Assembly: GCA_008632985.1 (NCBI GenBank)
Contig: QPGO01000038.1
Coordinates: forward strand, 25,939 to 89,938
DNA from: Psammoneis japonica
Taxonomy: Eukaryota
DNA: 64,000 nt
Reading direction: 5' to 3'
Numbering within the stretch: the stretch's first letter is position 1; the number at the start of each line of letters is the position of its first letter. A program made the translations under genes and the position numbers. This document shows positions 48,492-62,057 of this stretch, piece by piece. The notes beneath the pieces were generated by a model. It was not told the origin of the DNA. It saw only the letters and a program-made list of their open reading frames with translations, and searched no databases.

Positions 48492-51400
48492 CTAATACCT
48501 TCTTCTCTTACCCTTTTTTCCCTTTTTGGTTGGACTTGGGCTCGGAAGATTTGCGACTTCATTGTTCGATCCCGTAAGACATTCAGAAGAGAGCTCGCAC
48601 ACACCCCAGCTCAAACCATCTTCATGTAAACACCATGGAGTGCCCTTCCAGCCGTCCTCGGTGCAAGCCCAATACACTTTTTTCTTGTGTTCGAATGGGA
48701 AACTACATGGCTGCGAAAAGACGCCATCTTCATGCGTATCAGACAAGCAAACCTTTTCACCAGCTTTGTTTCCCTCAGTCGTTCCCTGACCTTTTGAAGG
48801 TGCAGACGTAGGGGCTCGAGAAGGGGATCTTGTTGGTGTCAGAGACGGTTTCATCGTTGGCGCAGCCGTTGGAGACCTTGTGGGGCTTTTTGAAGGAGGT
48901 GCAGTTGGCGGCGCCGATGGTTGAGCTGTTGGGTTATCAGTTACCCGAGACGTTGGGGCCGGAGTGTTATTAGCTGTCGGAGAAACCGTAGGCGGGGATG
49001 ATGGTGACGGTGTTGGGGCCGGAGAGGGATTCGGTGTCGGAGATCTTGTGGGGCTTTTTGAAGGAGGTGTAGTTGGCGGCGCCGATGGTGGAACTGTTGG
49101 GTTATCAGTTACCCGAGACGTTGGGGCCGGAGAAGAATTAGCTGTCGGAGAAACCGTAGGCGGGGATGAGGGTGACGGTGTTGGGGTTGGAGTGGGATTC
49201 GGTGTCGGTGACGACGTTGGAGACGAGGTTGGCCCACCACTGGGTGAAGGAGTTGGGTTAGAGGTACTATCAGAGGGGGATTGTGTCGGCGGGTCCGTCT
49301 TTGGCGGGGCGAGCACAACGAGCTCGGAAGGCGACGGGGTCGGATCAGCCGTCTCTCTTGAGGTAGGACTAGTTGTTGGAGATGGCGATGGCGACAGCGT
49401 GGGTTGATTCGTTGGCTGCATCGTTGGCTCTCGGGTCGGTGACTTTGTTGGCATCTCTGTAGGCGCCGGAGTTGAAGCGGTGGGAGATGGCGAGGGTGCT
49501 TCCGTGGGCGCATCTGTAGTAGTTCCGGTAGGCACTGGAGTTGAAGTGGATGGCGATGCAGTTGGGGGTCCAGAGGGTGCTGGCGTCGGACTGCCGGTTG
49601 GCGAGGGAGTCGGAGACGGCGTCGGACTCAGCGTTGGACTGGGAGTAGGTAATGAAGTGGGAGAAGGTGATGGAGGTGAGGTCGGAAGCGGCGTAGCGTT
49701 GGGGTCTACGAGACAGGTCCCACAAGCCTCTCGACATGACTGACTGCCTGTCGTTGTTCTGCCTCCGTCTACTCCCTCTAGATGACAGCGATTCTCTGGG
49801 TTGTTTTTCACATAGCGACAAGTCTTTGACAATCCTCCAAACGTTGTATGAATCCAAGTGGCACTATCCTCACATACGTACGATTGCTCTGGGGCTGTAA
49901 AGTCGGTGATTTCTTCACCGCCGAAGACACCTCCGGTCTTGACAATTTCCCCGTCCAAGGAAATCGTATATTCTCCACTGATTTTTTAGTAAAGCAATCA
50001 AGGTGCAGTTTTGAGAAGAGAGAATATTTGACATGCTCAAACAACACACAAGCGGGAACGTACGAGCCGTAGTTACAACAGATACCATCTCCTTCTGAAT
50101 CCTGTATCTTGAAAGTGTAGTCACCGCCTTCCGCAGGCAAGCACTTCTTCTCAATGTACTCCCGCCCGTTGCGGTATCCGTCATGAAACATAATTTCATT
50201 GCCTTCCGCGTCAGAAAGTGACCAGCTAGTCTCTGTTGCCCAGTTGTCAGTTACCAAGGTGAGCTCAAAAGCATTAAATGGGCACTGGAATGCCGTTGGT
50301 GCCGCGCTGGGTGGATAGGTGTAAGACGCGTCCTGGGCGCATCCACCAACCGGCTCGGGAGCAACATCTCCTGCAAGACATCCCTCATTTTGAAGGAGAT
50401 TGTATGCTTCGAGGGCTTGAACCACGCCAAATCCAACATCATCATTACAACCAATATCATCGTCGAGTAGTGCGGTCCTTATCAAGACTTGACGGATCTG
50501 TGCATTAGAGCAAGCCGGAAACTCGCTCCAAACAGCGGCCGCGACACCGGTTACGAAGGGAGCGGCCATACTAGTCCCTATTTAACCATGTTAAAAAAAG
50601 TCAAGACATGCGTATTCAGATTTCGAAGCAACTGATTTTAATGAATTTTGAGGAATTCATCGAACTTACCAGACATTGACCTATACCCAAATGCTGTTCC
50701 TTGACTCAGAGTGAATGTCGAAGCAATGTCAACCCCTGGTGCAGCTATTTCGACTTGATCATTGTATTGCGAAAATGACGCAACACTTGATGTAATCTTA
50801 ACTGCCGCAACAGACATGACAGTAGACAAAGATGCTGGGTAGGAGTAATCAGAGTTTCCGTCATTTCCAGCGGCAGATATGAGAAGAGCTCCAGAGTCCC
50901 ACGCATCTTCACAAGCTCTCTCGACCGTTTCACTGTAGGAAGAGGTACCCAAGCTCATACTTATGATGTTTGCTCCAACGTCAACGCAGTCTTCAATCGC
51001 ATCGACCAGATCTGCTTCTCTCCCATCCCCGACGTCATCCAGCGTTTTGGCAATGCGAATATTGAAGTTCGCTGGGTTCCTCAAAACGCCTGAAATGCCT
51101 ATATTGTTATTCCCAATTGCCGCAATCACACCCGCCTACGAGATAAATTAAGGCATATAAATGTAAGAATCCTCACAAAGCTAGCGATGGCTTGGCTGTC
51201 TAGAATGAATCATGGAAGGAAACCGCCGTACCGTGTGTGTCCCATGACCATATCCTGTTTTTTAAGATATCAAAAGAAACGATATATGTGAGGGGCAACC
51301 AGCCCAATGCTACACTAGCTCTGCTCATACGCATGATGCACTCACCATCCACGTTCCAAGGTCCAGTACTGGTGGTGAAGCCTGTGACATTATGGCTAAG

Positions 51401-51961
51401 GTCAGGTAGGTCTTCATGGCCGAGCCCGTAACCACTGTCAATCACGCACACAGTAAGTTTATTTGCAGGGATTATGTTTCCAAGAACATTCCACAACTCA
51501 GGAGCTTGTACCATATTCAAGCCATAACCAATAGACTCTTCAAGATGGCGGTTGCTCACAACCTTTCCCATAATTTCATCATCGCCCGACTTGAAAGGCA
51601 GGGCTTTAATGTTGTGCTCCGGTTCGACATACCTGATGCTCCTGCTATTTGCTAGAACTTCCAGGGCGGTTGCATTGATCACTCGAATAGAGACTGTCTT
51701 TAGCCTACGTGCGTGATGCTCAAACTTCTTGTTTTTAGCCCACTGCTTCGCGAGCATCCTACCCTTCTTGTTCTGGTATCGTACAAATAAAACAAGGTCG
51801 TCGATAGCCACACTTGACTTTTTTTTGCCGTTGTCCATCAAAGCGGTCATTTTCTCCATGTCCGCTTTGTCCATCTTGCTCGGGAATCCGGCAAAGACTT
51901 CGGATGCACCAAATAGTAGATGAAACGTTGCTACGAAGGGTGAGAACGCGAGAATCCTCAT
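48492..51961 (-). CDS. Secreted S8 subtilisin-like protease with a Pro/Thr/Ser stalk and a C-terminal fibronectin type II-like module; 5 exons (51961-51346, 51254-51232, 51135-50670, 50577-50064, 49977-48492)
   Basis: Signal peptide; VIDSG, HGTHTAG, AAGNDG, SGTSMAAP; DSEGDGICC module; CREACGTC; PTPSP repeats; CSFPF..YWACT..PWC; all introns GT-AG and in phase. Confidence 0.88.
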
Positions 51962-52679
51962 GGTAAAGGTACGCTAGAGGGCGATCCTGCTTCAAAAGTG
52001 ATTTGTGACGACGAACTCACTGCGGTCATAAACAAGAGAAAGAGTCATATAAGAGATAAATCGTGAAAGGCAATTTAATCACTTCATCTCCGTTGAAAGG
52101 ACTGCAGGCTTATATCATGTGCTTTTCTGGAAAAGACATTATGTCCAGGTCATTCATGTGATTAGACATTTTTCTAATGTTGCTGTCACACTACTGTACT
52201 GTACCGGTTCAACTACATAAGCCCCTGGAGATTGTTTCAGGGAGGATAGCTATCGGTACCCCTACTCCTGATTTTCACCGTTCGAGAGAGAGAGAGTTGG
52301 GAAAGAGAGAGAGTGAGAGATGAAGCGATCGTATCGTTCGTTCGAGCTTCGCAGAGAGTTCGAGAGGGAAAATAACAGAACTCATTACTCAGCTTGACAG
52401 ATCTTCCACTGTCAATCCTAGATAATTCATGGAGTAGTGCACCTAAGTTCTGCGCTTCGCGATTGTGCTTTTTTTCTAGACATACAATTGTTTTCTAGCC
52501 ATCTCGTCAAACGAAGAAAAAATACAGAGGTTAGCGCTTAGTCGGCCGAATCGTGACCGCACTGCAATTTCCATTTCTTGTGTGAACCGAAATTCATTGT
52601 AGAAAGTACAATTTTAACTGGTTAATGATAAGTCTCGGGGGACTTTAACAGCTTCAGATAGAATGTCATCTCGTTTCAT

Positions 52680-55600
52680 TTATGTTGAGCCTGACAGAAG
52701 CCTTTCAAAGACTTCTGTGGCATCCCCATTACTTTCGACCGCTAGTCCGCCTCCGACAATTGCCCCATGCGCCCCGGCTTCTTTCAGTTCTTGAAGATAC
52801 TCATGGGCTGACAAAGTACCAGCTTCATCGGGGCGCTCGATGATACCAATTCTTCCTTCTGCAAGAACGGGAACATCAGCGCCGTGCTTACTTCTAAATT
52901 CTTCGAGAGCATCACTTTTCAGAAGGTCGAGTACTCGCTGGCCGCTCATGTCAAAGGTGAAGTCCTCCAATTCTCGGTTGGAGAGAATCAAGCCACTGAC
53001 TGCACCTGGAGAAAGATTTGTAAGGGCTTGAATTTGGACAGCCGAGTTGACGGTTGCCAGTACCTGCAGTTGAAGACTTGATGCGATCTTGGTCAAATAA
53101 AGCAAGTCTTTACTGGCAAGCGCGCCGGCTACCAAGTTGACGGCGTCGGCGCCAGCAAGTCTCAGCTTGTATAGTTGGTACGGATAAAGAATGAGATCGG
53201 ATGCAAGGATTGGTGGTACCACAACACCATCGTCGGTGCTGGTTGAAAGACTCATTGCGGCCGAAGTGGAGGACTCTCTTGCCTTTGTCACATCTTCAAG
53301 AGATCCACCGAACATGACACTGTCACAATTTATGCTAAAGGCTGGTGATCCAGCTATAGTCAGCTGTTTGACAAGCTTGTTCAAGTCGTATCGCTTTCGT
53401 AGGCTGCCGGAGACTGGTTCCATTCTCTTCAGCTCAGGAACAATTACAAAACTTCCGTTTGACCCAGCAGCCCTGACGGCACCGATAAAGCCTCGAGGTT
53501 TAGGCTTCGACGGATCGAGGGTAAAAAGTCGACATTGGCTCACAAGGTTGCTGAGTGGCACGCGCTCCCGTAGTCGATCAACCTCGGTTTCCTTGTCCCA
53601 CATAAATTTCTCCAAGAACGATGTGGGAGTGGCCGTCTTTTCGGCAACGGACCATTCCACTGTACTGACCGTCATGGCACGACCAGAGTGAACTTCGCGC
53701 CTCTTAATGACGAGTTCTCCATCTTCAGACCTTGGAGCTCTTTGTTCTAGCTCCAACGGAGTGCGCGCTCTTTCTGAGCTTCTTTGATCGTCAGCTGTTA
53801 CTGAAGCTTCTGCGGCATCAATTTCCGCTTGTTTCCTCGCAGCAGCAGCTTCATCTGCGGCAGCTTTGGCTGGGGAAAAGAGAGTACGGCGAGATTCTAA
53901 CACGCCAAATGGAAGATTACTCAGATGGAATTAGTGGAGAGAAGGAACAATAGCTCATGCGTGAATTTGAAACACTTACTGCTTCCAAACAAAACATATT
54001 CCGCAGCAGAACCATGAGACATGCTGTCCATGGCACCGGCGTCTGTATCATCGAGTCGCCCAATGATTCCATTAGAATAGATTCCTGATATTGCCGGCAC
54101 TGCTGGTAGAAACGTCGAGATCTTTTCACTTTCATAACCCGGCTTTCCTCCAAAAAGTTTTGTGCCTCGGTCAAGCGTAGAGAAAAGCAAGCAGCCGCTG
54201 GGAGTGAAGGGCGGTTTCTGTTCGCTGTCATTCTCCATGCTCTCTTCAAGAGTTTTCTTCTTATATCCCATCCATATTGCCTTTACTTCTTTCTTGGCAA
54301 ACCCACCTTCACGAACAAAGAAACGTAATCTAGTACCAGGCTGAACTTCCACGCTTCCTAATGGAAGTGTTACGCTGCCGTCCTTCATCCCAGCGCTTGC
54401 CACTTGATGGACCGTGAACCGGTGTCCTTTTCCTTCTGCCAATCGCAGCAGTTCGTTTGGTGTTCGTCCCAATGATCCACCGCGTTCCAAACCCAGCAAC
54501 TAGGTAATAAAAGAAAGTTATTATACTGGTGCAATTGAAACAGAAAGAATCAAAGATCCCAACCAAGTCACTTACCAAAGCCTTTCTCATGAAGGATTGG
54601 TCATCGTCGCTGTATTTCGAGAAATCAAGCGCATCATTAAGAAAAGAAAAGGCGAGAAGTCATCGTCGTATTAGGTAATGCCAACAGTGACTCACCTGAG
54701 TGTCTTCATAATGTAATTCGCTTCCGCCAACACGGGTTTTGGGATTGCTGCCTTTGCATATGCCGCAGCAGCCTGTGCTTTAGCATCGTCTTTCTTTTCG
54801 TCGTCATCGTCGTCTTCATCCAATTGAAAAGTTTGCGCTTCTTCAGTGGCTGCTTCATCGAGAGCAATGGCTTTGATTGTACTCGCCTCACCTGTCACAA
54901 CGCGATAAACGCCACCGACTGGTTTGGCCCCTTGTGCAATTAAGCATTTTACTTCCAAATCTCCAGTGAATCCTACTCCTACACACCCATCTGCTAAGGT
55001 TTGAATACACTGTGGATCCTTGGCATCAAAACGAAAGAGTCGCGCTCTCGACAAGGACGAGACGGTCGACGCACTCCCACCGAACGTTACACTAGAAGGA
55101 AAGGAATAGGCCAACCCTCCGAGAAAGTCATCCAAGTCATTCTTCCATGGCATACAAGTAAGCGAGAGGTGAGAATGAAAAACAACGTACAATACTGGTC
55201 ACAAAATGGTTTGTACATTACCTGGAAAGCTGGAGAGGGAATCAACATGAATGCTGGCGGATCAGAATCGTTCTCTTGCGCATCACCGCCAAAGCCGCGT
55301 AGTCCTACGGAAGCTTTCCATGAGTCGGGTGGTAAACGTCCCACGTCATCTGGAACGTCATCTCCAAGAACATGAAATGTCTAAAAGAAAAGAGTAGAAT
55401 TGGCATCTTGTGGGTGGGTGCTGCTGAGTGTGAAGAATGGCATCGTGACGATTGAACAGCAGAAGCAAGAATATGTCACACTGTCGTCTGCATTCCTCAC
55501 CTTGATGTTTACATCAGGAAGAATGCAAAGCGTAACACTAACACCAGGAACACCTTCAGTCTCGACAGGAATGCATGCTCGTGACTTTTTAATTGATTCT

Positions 55601-56046
55601 TCTTCATCTTCGTCGTTGTCTGCATCTTGCTTCGAAACCACGTCGAGATTTGCCACACTGGAGATTATTCCGCCCGACGTACATCCCACGAGATTCTGAA
55701 CTCCTTTTCCATAAACTGAGCTCGAACTCAAGATTGTTGGAACCACAATACTGGGACTTGCTTGTCCGTCATAGAGTGACGATATCGTGACAATGGCCAA
55801 GTCAATTTGTGAATTTTCCTTTACCTTGGGAAGGGCAAGTAGAGCGCTGTCTGTTGCTTCCTGCAGAGCTTCCAACAAATCCATTTTGGGGGAATATCCA
55901 GTAGCAAATACCTGTGGATCATTTTCATCAAGTGGTGATTGAAACAAACGAGTGGTGGTACTGGCTGTAGCAACGCGACTGATGGACTGGGACGATTGAA
56001 ATGCGCATACCGCCGGAACGAGTGTTATGATCGAAGCGACCTTCAT
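52680..56046 (-). CDS. Predicted plastid-targeted FIST-domain protein fused to a TrpC/IGPS-like barrel; 6 exons (56046-55501, 55380-55222, 55141-54696, 54609-54576, 54499-53980, 53896-52680)
   Basis: Leader MKVASIITLVPAVCA|FQ; FIST-like LVGCTSGGII, FGGSAS, AQGAKPVG, GTRLRFFVR, LFSTLDRG; IGPS-like ELKR, FGGSLEDV, PYQL..AGADAV, NREL; in-phase GT-AG introns. Confidence 0.8.
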
Positions 56047-56671
56047 ACTGCAACTGAGATGCTGCTACTGACACCACTCTCAACCAAGAAATTGAGCTGC
56101 CTTTGATGGTCCTCTACAAAGCTTAAGTGCACTTGGTTCTTGGCATTGCTGGCATTTGACGAACGTGTTGAAGTGTGTTGCTTGTTGCGAGGTTGTTCGT
56201 TGTGAAAATTGAAAAAAAGTGAGGCGCGAGTGACGTGTCGTGTGTCGCTTTTGCCGCGCGCGATCGGAGACGCAAGGTGACGCACGTGATGCGCGAAAAA
56301 GCGCGCGATTGGCTGCACGAAAATTTGTCTCATTGACTGATGGGTGTGCAGTTATCCGACTCAGACAGAAAAGAGCGTTTCTATCTGTCTGTGTATTGGG
56401 ACCCTGTACCCGCACTACACACTCACACACAAACCATGGCCGCCATACCTACCGGCATATCCTTCCAACAGCGGTCTCGTTTTCAGCACAACGGTGAGGC
56501 GGACTTCTTATGATAGCGATACGGCTGCAGTCTTCAATTAATTGATCGAACAGTATTCGGTGTTGTTTTGCAGCCATCGTGTTTGTTCATTGCGTGCTTT
56601 TGATCTTTCATATCACACATCACGTTGAACCTCCTTGAACACCAACGTCCCGTAATAAAAAGCAGGAGAGC

Positions 56672-58330
56672 ATGAGTAAAGCAACCAGTATATCAGAAGA
56701 ACATGATGAGCAAATACAACATACAGATGAGCCACGTTTTAGCAGAAGTTTCAGCAATGATGATGACTTGTCAGTGACGTCTAGCTATCAGGACCCCAGT
56801 GACAACGATCTCAACTTGTTTCAGGGAGCAGCCCTAATCACAGCCGATTGCTTGGGAACGGGTATTCTAGCCTTACCTGCTGACATTCAACTCATGGGAA
56901 CCGCATTTGGAATGGCGTTTTTGATATTCAACCTGCCAGTCAATCTGTATGCAGGAACGTTGCTCTGTTGGTCGGCTGAGCATGTAGAACGCGAGAGTGA
57001 TATAGAAGATGAGAAACGAAAAGAGGAAACAAGTGATGCTGAAATTCTACTTACGAAGCAAAGCAAAAAGAGCTATGCTAGTATCTCACCTCGTGACGAA
57101 GCCCCTTTAGCTCAGATTGACGCAGATGCTTCTGAAAAGGACACTCTGATGCTTGATGTGCATCCCCATCATCATCACTACGAAACGGCAACCTTTGATT
57201 TCATTGGAATGACCCATGCATTGTTTCATCATCCCGTTGCAAGTCGAGTTGTCATGGCAATTTACTATACAAACATATTTCTAGTCTTGGGAAACTACAT
57301 CTTGGTCATGAGTCATGCTGTAGCTGCATTTATTGGAGAAGATCGAATATGCCTTCCTGAAGCTGGTATTGTGGCGTCGACATTAATGTTTGGTGTGTCT
57401 CAGCTACGAACCATGGCGAATCTTGGACGGAGTGCATCCATAATATCCTTGTCAGCTCTCGCTATTGTGGTGGTGCAATGCCTAGTCGCGCTACGAAACG
57501 ATGACAATTACTACCACGCAGAAGAATTGGAGGAACTCGGCTTGAATTCGTCAAGTGTGGCAACCACTGCTGAAGCGGGGGAAAAGTCTGAAAGAGTCAC
57601 CTTGCTACGACAATGCTCCTCTATTGCTTCGATTGGGTTTGCTGTGGGATCCCAAAAGCTACTGTTGAATATTCGACACGAGTTCAGACAAAGGTCGCAG
57701 GCTCCCGCAAGTTTGGGCATTTCCTTGACAGTTTTTGGAGCTGTATACGCTACCATATGCCTTTGTGCAGGAAAGAGTGAGTCAATCACATCTACCGTGC
57801 ATTGTACTTATGCTTCAATTTCTCTAAATTGAGTATTCTCCAGATCCACCGTCCTTTCTTTTGATGCCATCCCTTCTGGCTGGAATCGCAGACTTGCAGG
57901 CTTGTTCCTTTGGATCCACGTTGTTGTCTCCTATGCTATCAATTCTCAAGCAATTTGCTCTTCTATTGACAGATTGTTCTTTCACCGAGTTTCGAGGTGG
58001 AATCTTTACAATTTGCACAAGCTCAGGTGGCTTTTGCTGACGTTGATGTTTGCTGCGTCGTCGTACCTGGTTGCAAACGCCGTGCCTTTTTTCAAAGACT
58101 TGGTCGCTCTCATTGGGGCCTTGACTTCTGTGCCTTTGACGCTGCTGCTACCTGCCGTGTTTCATAGACGTGTTATTGGTGTACCTATTTGGAAGCCAAC
58201 ACGCGAATCGATTGTTTCTTGGTGTCTTGTGATCTTTGCTCTCTTTTTTACAATCGCCGGGTTGGTTGGTGCACTGGGGTCGATTGAGCTTGATTGGCAA
58301 AGTCATGGGCCTCCCTTTGCGTGTCGATAG
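56672..58330 (+). CDS. Amino acid/auxin permease (AAAP, Aa_trans) family transporter; intron 57777-57843 and an apparent 1-bp deletion at ~57860
   Basis: LGTGILALP, multiple hydrophobic helices, AVPFFKDLVALIGAL..LLPA. Confidence 0.85.
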
Positions 58331-58464
58331 CATTTTTTTTTTCTGCGGGCGTTTCTTTGTATGGGTGCTGGGTGCGTGCTGGTAGCGGAACCTTACCAGT
58401 AGGGACCTCGCTCGCTCACGCACACAACATACAGTATTTCAGTCGGACTAATCAAATGATGCAG

Positions 58465-58643
58465 TTTAACGTCTTTAACATACGTTTAACGTCCGAACAA
58501 ACCAACCCTTGAATTTTTAACGGCCGAACAATCGTGGTGCACAAAAATCTCAAAATGGAAACCATCCAAGCAGCCGTTGTTCGGCCGTTAAAACTAAGAG
58601 GGTTCGTTTGTTTGGACGTTAAACGTACGCTAGAGACGTTAAA
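58465..58643. repeat. Foldback inverted repeat (~65-bp imperfect arms), MITE-like
   Basis: tttaacgtc..tttaacgtccgaacaaac..tttaacggccgaacaa versus ttgttcggccgttaaaa..gtttggacgttaaa..gacgttaaa. Confidence 0.7.
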
Positions 58644-61600
58644 TTTATAACACAGAAGCAGGTACAGTCAAGGACACAGTAGTAAGCACGGTACTGTATG
58701 GCTGGAATTTTGCTGCCGCTTTGTGGAGCAGCATTCTACGTAATCTGGTATAAAATGTAATTAGCTCTCAAATGTTGATAGTGAGCAAGATCAACCGTTA
58801 TATCTTTGTCCCCGTACAAATTCTACCGCGGCTACGTGATTTCGAAAATTCATGCCTGATCGCAACGCTTCGAAGCATTATAACATCGCCTTCGGCGACG
58901 CTGTTGATGCAAACTTTAAACCAAAAGCAACAGCACACCGGTGCGTCTTGTCGAGTGCAACGGGTCCAAATCTTACAGACCTCTCAGTTGGGAGTGGGTC
59001 CAAATTCATGGACCCCCTCTTGGTGTCCTCAACATGTCCATTGTCAGTTGCATGGCAAGCCTGGATGCACCGTGGTGCTCTCTTTGCAAACTTACGTGTG
59101 CGCTTCTCTGCACCTCATCCAACAAGCAGTGCCTAACAGATTTCTTGAAATTCTCTTTTCCCATTTCTGTGACAGGAAAAGTTTTTGACACTTGCCTTTT
59201 GCACAAGCCCAAAGACACTCTGCACCTTCCCACGCCAATTCAGAATTCAGAACGACATTTTGGAGTCAAGATCACGCGTGCCGGCACTCCCATGCGATGT
59301 GCATGATGCTGAAGCAGCGCAGTTCCTTTCGAGAAATCTTCACAAGAGGCAAGCATCTCCACAGGAAGAGTGTGCAATGAAGCACTGTCACATCTTTGAA
59401 TTGTGGAACAATTGTCGACAGTTGCTGGTGCCTCAAATGCCGTCGTTGCTTGATGCCACCCTTGGCTTTGCTCTGCACCACGGGGGCAGGTAGACCCATT
59501 CGTTCTTGAATTTAAAAAACCATTCTAGAGCCGTGACAGCAGTGCTTGCACTCCTTTGATTGGTTTGGCAGTGTTGTTTGGGTTGTGCATTCAGAGACGG
59601 AACTTGCACCCGTTCCCATCTGCCAACTGCTCAACCCAAACATGCGTCTGTTGGCAGAGAAGGCACAAGCAGCCAATTCGTTCTTGAAGCATGCAGACGG
59701 CAGTGCAGACAAGCCTCTGGCAGCACAACAACGAGCCATCGTCATTGGCGATTCAAAAGCATGATGCCAATTGATTGACAGGCAGCTGCAATCCTGAAAA
59801 TCGTCTTGTCCTAAATTGCACCCATTGAAAGTGAACCCATGATGCCCTTGCTGATGCTCCGCGGCAAAGAACGACTTGGGTTTGCAAGATGATGGCACAC
59901 ATCAACGGTTTTTGCCAAAGACTTGGATCCGACAAAGTGATTGAGATTCTCGTGTCCAAACGGAGGTTCGGGAGTTTGCAATCCTAAAAAACAGTCTTGC
60001 AGGTCGGTGCAGAACCGGGATGCATGGGCTTTGTCGTCATCCTTGAGCAGCTTCAAGTGATTTGCAAAGAGGGAAAAGGGGTTGGGCTTGACTGCCATGT
60101 TGGCACTCCGTTTCGCACAAATTCACCCCGTCATCAACAATGTTGTTCTCTTCCGTCAAACTCGAAACCCCGTTGATGCTGCCACACGGCTTCTTCAACT
60201 GTCCAACCATGATTTCGACTCTCTTGTCATTGATGTTGAATTTTGCATTGCAGCACTCTGTCCACAGGCCTGCTGGCATCCATCCATTCTGAACGCGAGA
60301 ATCCAAGAACAGTCGATGCATGTGTTTTGATGCGAACGATTTTCTGACATCAGACATGATGGGTTTTTGCACTTCGGCCCTCAGGGAGCTTCACAAGTGG
60401 GTTGGCAAGGTGGGCATGGGTTGCAGCGCAAAAAGCCATGGATTTTCAAGAAGCTGTGAGCATCATTGTCAAGAGACCGGGCACGTGACAATTCTCGTGC
60501 TTTTTGTTTTCCCGCCAATGAAATGAACTTCAACTTGGTGACGTGTCATGCCACTTGCGCAGAAATCTGCTCCAAATTTCAAAAAATCAATTCCAGCCAT
60601 GTGATGACATGTTTTTACGGCATGTGTCCGGTCACGCAGACTGCTCGGAAAAAAAGGAAGAGAAACGTTCAATGAGCACGCACGACGCCCAGACGCCTGA
60701 TGCACCTCAGGGCGATCCAGGAAACTTCAAAGATTTCAAAAGATTCCACATTCCATGACATTTCTGCAAATCATTCTACGTGCAGCGCTCGTAGGTTGTT
60801 GGCACTTTTTAAACAAGGGGCAACAGACAAAAGTTCGAACAAACACGTTGTGTGTTCGAAGCTTTCGAACATTGCCAATTCTGTGCATCCACGGGTGGCG
60901 CAGTTACACAAAATGTACAAAATGACTGCATGCCCGAAAACTTTCACACAATTTGTGCAAAAATGTTCATGGTGCATGACTTGTCTTTTAAACAATCATC
61001 TTCACTTTGTTTGAGTGTCACAATGCTGAACATTTTTTTCCTTTAATTGTTCTCCTGGTGCATGTTCCTGCACAATTTTGCGCACATCTTTTTAACGGTT
61101 GTCAATGCTTTTGTTCACCTGGGACAATGTTCATGAATGCAATGGTTTCCGTTGGTGATTTCCATTGGCGATTTTCCATTGGCGATTGCATGTGCCACCT
61201 GCTGCCACGAACCAGTGGTGTTTTGCCGCAGACGAAAAACATCACTCTGCATCCACACGGCACACCGCATCTGCACAACTCGACCTTTCTTGTTGCTTTT
61301 GTTGTTTGTTGTTTCCTTCTCTCTTCCAGCCCACTCAGGTGTGATGCACCACATCCAATGGTCCTTTGCCAAAAGGGCTGCTCCTCTTTCACTGTTGCCT
61401 TTCTTTCTTTTTTTCTTTTTCACTGTGTTTTCCCACTCGGCGCCATCAATGCGTTTGTGCGGTTGGCGCCGTTGCAGCTCTGCGTCTGTCATTTTTTGCT
61501 CTTTCTTCTTTCTTTCTTTCCTCTTGCTTCTTGTCATCTGCATTTTTGCTTCCTCTCTCTTCTTTGTTTCGTCTTGCTTCTTGCCATCTGCGATTTTGCT

Positions 61601-62057
61601 TCCTCTCTCTTCTTTGTTCTCTCTTTTTTCTTGCTGCCTGCATTTTTGCTTGCTCTCTCTTTTTGTTTTCTCTGTTGTTTCTTGTTTTTGTTGCTCTCTC
61701 CTTTGCCCATTCCACTTCTTTTTCTCATTTCTGCCAACCCTTTCTCTTTGCATTTTTTTGTGTTGTTCCCATTTTGACGTTTGGTGCAGTGCAATGAGCG
61801 ACTGCTGTGGTGCCCCCACCCGTGTCAATCGCTCCAAGCGGCTTTCTCGATGGGGCCAACCGCCAAAGAACCGACCTCCGGGTCCGGCTTTTGTTTCAAG
61901 TCCTGCTGCTTCTTTTGGCCACACAAGCCTGTCTGCCGCTGGCTCCCCCTCGATGGACACGAAAGCACCCTCGCTTCATCGTCGTTCTCGTTGGAGTGAC
62001 CCCCGATTCTCCCACAACAGCCAGCAATTCTGCATCATCCCATCGTTGTTCTCGCTG

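Noticed and set aside
52680..53903. Stand-alone trpC gene
   Set aside because: The ORF has no ATG at its start, splices in phase to the FIST exons, and lacks key catalytic residues.
57846..57865. Permease pseudogene
   Set aside because: A single missing base in a T run with an otherwise intact gene; more likely an assembly error, though unverified.
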